Virus record (IMG/VR): IMGVR_UViG_3300028844_002785
Span: 1-64,000 of that record
Reading direction: 5' to 3' (one strand)
Length of the DNA: 64,000 bases
Source: a virus
Under the pieces are notes generated by a model. The model did not search any database and had not been told where the DNA came from. It was given only the letters and a program-made list of their open reading frames with translations. Positions 60,461 through 64,000 of this stretch are shown here, piece by piece (the first letter of the stretch is position 1; each line of letters begins with the position of its first letter). Position numbers and translations under genes: made by a program.

Positions 60461-61800
60461 CGCTTACCAAATTCTTAACTGACCAAAAATTTGAAAAGAC
60501 TATACGAATTTTAGTCTATCCAAACATTACGTTCTCTAAGGATTTGACAAAGGATAGTTATATTCAAGTGATTACAAATATGATCACTGAGCTTAATAAG
60601 ATTCGTACTGATTTATTTTTCTATTTAATTCTCCCATCTTTCTTGGAGATGTTGGACTTTCCTAATACCAGTCAACTTATTATGAAAGTTCCTACGTATC
60701 CTCCTACGATGCGTTCTCATTTTGATGTAGATTTTTTCAGAAGACTTATCAATCATGATCTTGATATTGATTTAGTATTCTCTCATCTTCCAGAACATAC
60801 ACATGCTATTAAAAATACTATCAGTAATGTAACTCATCATAGCCCTTCTTACTTTGGATATTGTCACTGGTTTGATCTCAAAGAAGTTGTTGCATGGAGT
60901 CAACCAAGTTTCAATCAAAATATTCTTGGACTACTTGAGATGGAACGTTGCTATCTCAATACACAGAGTCAAAAAAATCTTGTATTAAAGCAATCGACCG
61001 AAACCTTTAATAAGGGAACCCTTATTAAACTTAAGGACATTCTTACACCACATCATCTAGGAGTTAAAGAATCTGATATTGTAGAACCAAATACAAATAC
61101 CGATAAATTAATTGTTTTTAATCACAGACCTGATACATATAAAGACTTCAATAACTTTATGAAGGTTCTAGAGTCTCTCAGAGAGGTTAGAGAAGACTTT
61201 ACTGTGTGGATACCATTGTTAGAAAAATCAGATAAGGATTGGATTACTACTGAGAAGTTTAATAAGCAACGTTATTACAAAAAACTTCAACAATGTAGAG
61301 TTGGATTTTCTCCAAAACAAGTTTATGGTGGATGGAGTGTTTCAACTACAGATGGTATTATGAATGGTTGTCCATATATTATGTACGACGCTGATTACTA
61401 TCAAGAACTAAATCCAACTGCAGATTTCTTTACTGAAAATTCTACCGCTGTAAATCTTTTGAATAAGTATCTAGATGATCCTGGATATCGAAATGAGATG
61501 TCTGTCAAATCTCAATCTTATTTACGTGAAAATCTTATCTATACTGCTGAAATTAAAAACATAAGTGATTACATAGATGATCTTATTGATAGACAAAAAT
61601 GTATTCAGTCTGATGTGACAACCAGATTAATTGATATAATTAAATCGAAGGGACAAGTTACTAAAAAAGAATTATTTAATTCCTACCTTGGTTGGGGTAG
61701 AGGAATTAAGTTTGGTCCTTACCGGAGAGCTTTGCTCAATCATGAAAATATCTATGATACAATAGATTCCACTCCTTATTATTGCTGGATTGACACTTAA
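60457..61800 (+). CDS. GT-B glycosyltransferase (GT4-like) with a possible C-terminal winged-HTH
   Basis: IVFNHR..YK and GGWSVSTTDGIMNGCPYI (a variant of the GT4 E-x7-E motif). Confidence 0.75.
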   Translation: MTLTKFLTDQKFEKTIRILVYPNITFSKDLTKDSYIQVITNMITELNKIRTDLFFYLILPSFLEMLDFPNTSQLIMKVPTYPPTMRSHFDVDFFRRLINHDLDIDLVFSHLPEHTHAIKNTISNVTHHSPSYFGYCHWFDLKEVVAWSQPSFNQNILGLLEMERCYLNTQSQKNLVLKQSTETFNKGTLIKLKDILTPHHLGVKESDIVEPNTNTDKLIVFNHRPDTYKDFNNFMKVLESLREVREDFTVWIPLLEKSDKDWITTEKFNKQRYYKKLQQCRVGFSPKQVYGGWSVSTTDGIMNGCPYIMYDADYYQELNPTADFFTENSTAVNLLNKYLDDPGYRNEMSVKSQSYLRENLIYTAEIKNISDYIDDLIDRQKCIQSDVTTRLIDIIKSKGQVTKKELFNSYLGWGRGIKFGPYRRALLNHENIYDTIDSTPYYCWIDT

Positions 61801-61803
61801 ATT

Positions 61804-62187
61804 ATGGAACTTAAAGACTGGTTGAACTCTATTAATCAATCAAAAATTAACTTGATTGATGAAGACTATGGTACAGAAAAAGATTATCCCCCATTCATTA
61901 TCAATAAGTGTATGTCTGGTTTTATAGACACAGTTCTTATCGCTAATGAAATGAATATTCATTCTGATCTTTCAAAGAAGATGCAATATGATTTTTTTAT
62001 AAATATTGTGAGACCGAAAAAAAGATTTTCTCCATGGTTGAGAAAAGAAAAACTTGACACCCTAGAACTCATCAAAAATTATTATCATTATAATGATGAG
62101 AAAGCCAGAAGTGCTCTGAGACTTTTATCGGAAGAACAAATTGAATTTATCAAACAAAGGATGAAAACTGGAGGAAAAAATGAGTGA
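61804..62187 (+). CDS. gp62: Clamp loader subunit gp62
   Basis: Motifs YPPFIINKCMS, ANEMN, QYDFFINIVRPKKRFSPW. Confidence 0.93.
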   Translation: MELKDWLNSINQSKINLIDEDYGTEKDYPPFIINKCMSGFIDTVLIANEMNIHSDLSKKMQYDFFINIVRPKKRFSPWLRKEKLDTLELIKNYYHYNDEKARSALRLLSEEQIEFIKQRMKTGGKNE

Positions 62188-62614
62188 AGTTCTGGAGTAC
62201 AATTGGTCGCCTGATAAAATGGTTGAGGTGACACTCAAGGAGCCTGATGATTTTCTGAAGGTTCGCGAGACTCTTACTCGTATCGGTGTTGCATCACGTA
62301 AAGAAAAAAAGATTTATCAGTCTTGTCATATTTTGCATAAACAAGGTAAGTATTATATCGTTCACTTCAAAGAGTTGTTTGCTCTTGATGGTAAAAAAGC
62401 AAATCTTTTTGTAAATGATATTCAACGTAGAAATCGTATTGCTCAGTTGTTATCTGACTGGGGGTTGGTTGATGTAGTAGAATCTTCTATGGTTGAAGAT
62501 TGTGCTCCTCTAAGTCAAATTAAAGTTCTTTCTTATAGAGATAAAGGTGAGTGGACTTTAGAAAGTAAGTATAATATTGGTAAAAAGAAAACAACTACTA
62601 CTCAGTCAGTATAA
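62180..62614 (+). CDS. regA: Translational repressor RegA
   Basis: Motifs DDFLKVRETLTRIGVAS and CHILHKQGKYYIVHFKELF. Confidence 0.97.
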   Translation: MSEVLEYNWSPDKMVEVTLKEPDDFLKVRETLTRIGVASRKEKKIYQSCHILHKQGKYYIVHFKELFALDGKKANLFVNDIQRRNRIAQLLSDWGLVDVVESSMVEDCAPLSQIKVLSYRDKGEWTLESKYNIGKKKTTTTQSV

Positions 62615-62751
62615 CCATCATCATCCTCTACGATAGTAACTCTACTATCATTAGTTAAATAAAAATCCTTATCGGAATAGATCTCAGATTCTAATTCGTT
62701 AAGGATTTCTTTTAGCTTTTTATGTAATATTTTTAGTTTAGATTTTTTCAT
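62602..62751 (-). CDS. Small protein, 49 aa (MKKSKLKILHKKLKEILNELESEIYSD...DDDGYTD)
   Basis: Hand-translated; convergent 13-nt overlap with the end of regA. Confidence 0.7.
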   Translation of the reverse strand: MKKSKLKILHKKLKEILNELESEIYSDKDFYLTNDSRVTIVEDDDGYTD

Positions 62752-62777
62752 AGTTCTATATTTAAATGTATGTATAC

Positions 62778-62804
62778 AAAAAAAGGTCCCTCTACAGGGA
62801 CCTT
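62778..62804 (-). terminator. Rho-independent terminator
   Basis: A-tract plus aaggtccct-ctac-agggacctt. Confidence 0.8.
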
Positions 62805-62808
62805 AATA

Positions 62809-62979
62809 CTATTCTAATAAACTTTTACATATACGTTTGCACACAGTCTGACTTTCATCGCATTCAATTAAGCAGTCAAAGTAATCATTGACCAGATCTA
62901 ATTCTTCATTACATCTGTCTAGAGTATTTTTAAAATGATTCCATTCTACTAATTGGTTACGGGAAACTATGTTATGCAT
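62809..62979 (-). CDS. Small four-Cys picocyanobacteria-like protein, 56 aa (MHNIVSRNQLVEW...DYFDCLIECDESQTVCKRIC)
   Basis: Hand-translated; GGAGG Shine-Dalgarno. Confidence 0.8.
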   Translation of the reverse strand: MHNIVSRNQLVEWNHFKNTLDRCNEELDLVNDYFDCLIECDESQTVCKRICKSLLE

Positions 62980-63111
62980 ATTTCCTCCATGTCATATTTA
63001 ATTTTTAAAAAATAATATAGTTAATTTCATATCATAAGCACCTCTATTCTACTACTATATAGGTTACTTTGTGTTTATTCACTAACATTTGTGTAATTTA
63101 AATATAAGTAT

Positions 63112-63140
63112 AAAAAAAGAGAGGGTTCTTAACCCTCTCT
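63112..63140 (-). terminator. Rho-independent terminator of the riboswitch/DUF4278 transcript
   Basis: A-tract plus agagagggtt-ctt-aaccctctct. Confidence 0.85.
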
Positions 63141-63153
63141 GTGAAGTAAGTTA

Positions 63154-63321
63154 TCACTTTGTATACAGATGACCGCGATAGCAAAATGTACCATGGGTCT
63201 CTTTTGATTCTACACAACGAGTAGAGTACTCAACACCACGATATGAGGTGTGTGTAATCTGTGCGTCGTGAAGTGCAGATGCTTTGTTGATCTGCTTCTT
63301 GATCATGTTTAGTGTGTTCAT
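63154..63321 (-). CDS. DUF4278-family small protein, 55 aa (MNTLNMIKKQINKASALHDAQITHTSYRGVEY...FCYRGHLYTK)
   Basis: Two YRG motifs; AGGAG Shine-Dalgarno at 63329-63333; downstream of the glutamine riboswitch. Confidence 0.8.
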   Translation of the reverse strand: MNTLNMIKKQINKASALHDAQITHTSYRGVEYSTRCVESKETHGTFCYRGHLYTK

Positions 63322-63354
63322 TGTGTTACTCCTAAAGTAATGAGGGTTTTTAAT

Positions 63355-63589
63355 CCCCGTTCCTTCAGTCGTGTGCGTCCCAATACCATTGACATTCTGG
63401 TGCTGAGTCCTTAAGGGTCTCAACTAACTCAATCTTAAGCTGATTGTTAAGATCATTATTGTTCTCAATCTTCAGCATGATAGCATCAGTTTGAGTACAG
63501 GTGAGTGTTGTATAGAATAATAGTTCTAGCATGGGATGAACGGCTCCGTTCCGCGACTTACTTGCGTCCGATTTCTCGGATGAACGACA
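63355..63589 (-). ncRNA. Double glnA-type glutamine riboswitch
   Basis: Minus strand reads CGUUCAUCCGAGAAAUCGGACGCAAGUAAGUCGCGGAACG-GAGC-CGUUCAUCCCA[~150 nt]UGGGACGCACACGACUGAAGGAACGGG: two CGUUCA-stem-ACGCA...GGAACG units. Confidence 0.82.
63365..63532 (-). CDS. 55-aa ORF nested in the riboswitch (MLELLFYTTLTCTQTDAIMLKIENNNDLNNQLKIELVETLKDSAPECQWYWDAHD)
   Basis: Hand-translated, open for 56 codons; GGAG lies 11 nt upstream of the AUG. Confidence 0.65.
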   Translation of the reverse strand: MLELLFYTTLTCTQTDAIMLKIENNNDLNNQLKIELVETLKDSAPECQWYWDAHD

Positions 63590-63594
63590 GGTCT

Positions 63595-63623
63595 ATTATA
63601 GACCTTATATAGTATTTAGTCAA
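63595..63623 (-). promoter_or_regulatory. Sigma70 promoter TTGACT-N17-TATAAT driving the riboswitch transcript
   Basis: Plus-strand agtcaa at 63618-63623 and attata at 63595-63600. Confidence 0.85.
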
Positions 63624-63680
63624 GTATAAATAATTATGTGTCTTTCGTGCGGCACACTCTACATTCGGAAAATACCATTT

Positions 63681-63712
63681 AATGGTACGGGTTTCGCACC
63701 GTACCATTTTTT
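63681..63712 (+). terminator. Rho-independent terminator
   Basis: aatggtacgg-N8-ccgtaccatt followed by a T-tract. Confidence 0.75.
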
Positions 63713-63721
63713 ATGTTTTGC

Positions 63722-63729
63722 TATAAATA
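63722..63729 (+). promoter_or_regulatory. Late promoter TATAAATA for hsp20
   Basis: Exact consensus. Confidence 0.75.
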
Positions 63730-63784
63730 AATTCGATTGCCTTCGGGGATCACACAAAAAAACTCGCTTACTAAGGAGCATAAA

Positions 63785-64000
63785 ATGACGGGACTCACAC
63801 GTTATACGTCCAGTGACATGGGCAAAATTCTTGATGCTGTAGGAAAATATAGTGTCGGACTTGATGATGTTTTCCACAGGTTACATTCATATGGTATGGA
63901 TAATCCTGGTGGTTCATATCCTCCATATAATATTGTAAAAGAATCGAACGTTAAATGGCGTATCGAACTAGCACTGGCTGGATGGTCAAGGGATGACATT
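63785..64000 (+). CDS. hsp20: Small heat-shock protein Hsp20 (5' part; runs off the window)
   Basis: Hand-translated MTGLTRYTSSD...SYPPYNIVKESNVKWRIELALAGW; AAGGAG Shine-Dalgarno. Confidence 0.92.
   Translation, partial: MTGLTRYTSSDMGKILDAVGKYSVGLDDVFHRLHSYGMDNPGGSYPPYNIVKESNVKWRIELALAGWSRDDI

Noticed and set aside
62809-62979. CP12 assignment for the Cys-rich small protein
   Set aside because: It lacks the AWD.VEEL core and the CP12 C-terminal C-x8-C-x2-Y-D pattern.
63322-63423. N-terminal extension of the DUF4278 ORF in the track (start 63423)
   Set aside because: It runs through the riboswitch core; the ATG at 63321 has a proper AGGAG.
63636-63788. 50-codon + strand ORF upstream of hsp20
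   Set aside because: It crosses a terminator and a promoter and has no RBS; a non-coding role is more plausible.
1-64000. tRNAs, CRISPR arrays, introns, inteins, integrases or stop-codon recoding
   Set aside because: None seen by eye; the core genes are uninterrupted under the standard code. tRNAscan-SE and Infernal would be needed to exclude small RNAs fully.

Overview
This window is part of a T4-like cyanomyophage genome (Kyanoviridae-type, probably infecting Synechococcus or Prochlorococcus), and almost all genes lie on the + strand. In order it contains: (1) a GC-rich early region of small ORFs with sigma70-like promoters (1-~1010); (2) an AT-rich virion module with a large unknown protein, PAAR spike tip, gp25, gp6, a 3,910-aa gp7-like wedge protein, gp8, a VrlC-like protein, a fibre, gp13-gp23 and gp3; (3) recombination, transcription and replication genes (uvsY, uvsW, gp55, gp47, gp46, cpeT, a peptidase/vWA protein, cobS, gp45, gp44, gp62, regA); (4) a minus-strand cluster of small host-like genes followed by the start of hsp20. 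Four observations stand out. First, a double glnA-type glutamine riboswitch upstream of a DUF4278 gene has a complete 55-codon ORF inside a loop of its second aptamer, with the stop codon in the conserved core. Second, a DruA/DUF4338-like gene and a GT-B glycosyltransferase with a possible winged-HTH tail sit between the clamp-loader genes and may form a DNA-modification system. Third, a probable +1-frame gene overlaps gp44. Fourth, there is a perfect antisense sigma70 promoter upstream of gp55, plus NtcA-like promoter sites elsewhere. All assignments come from recognising motifs and gene order by eye; no searches were run.
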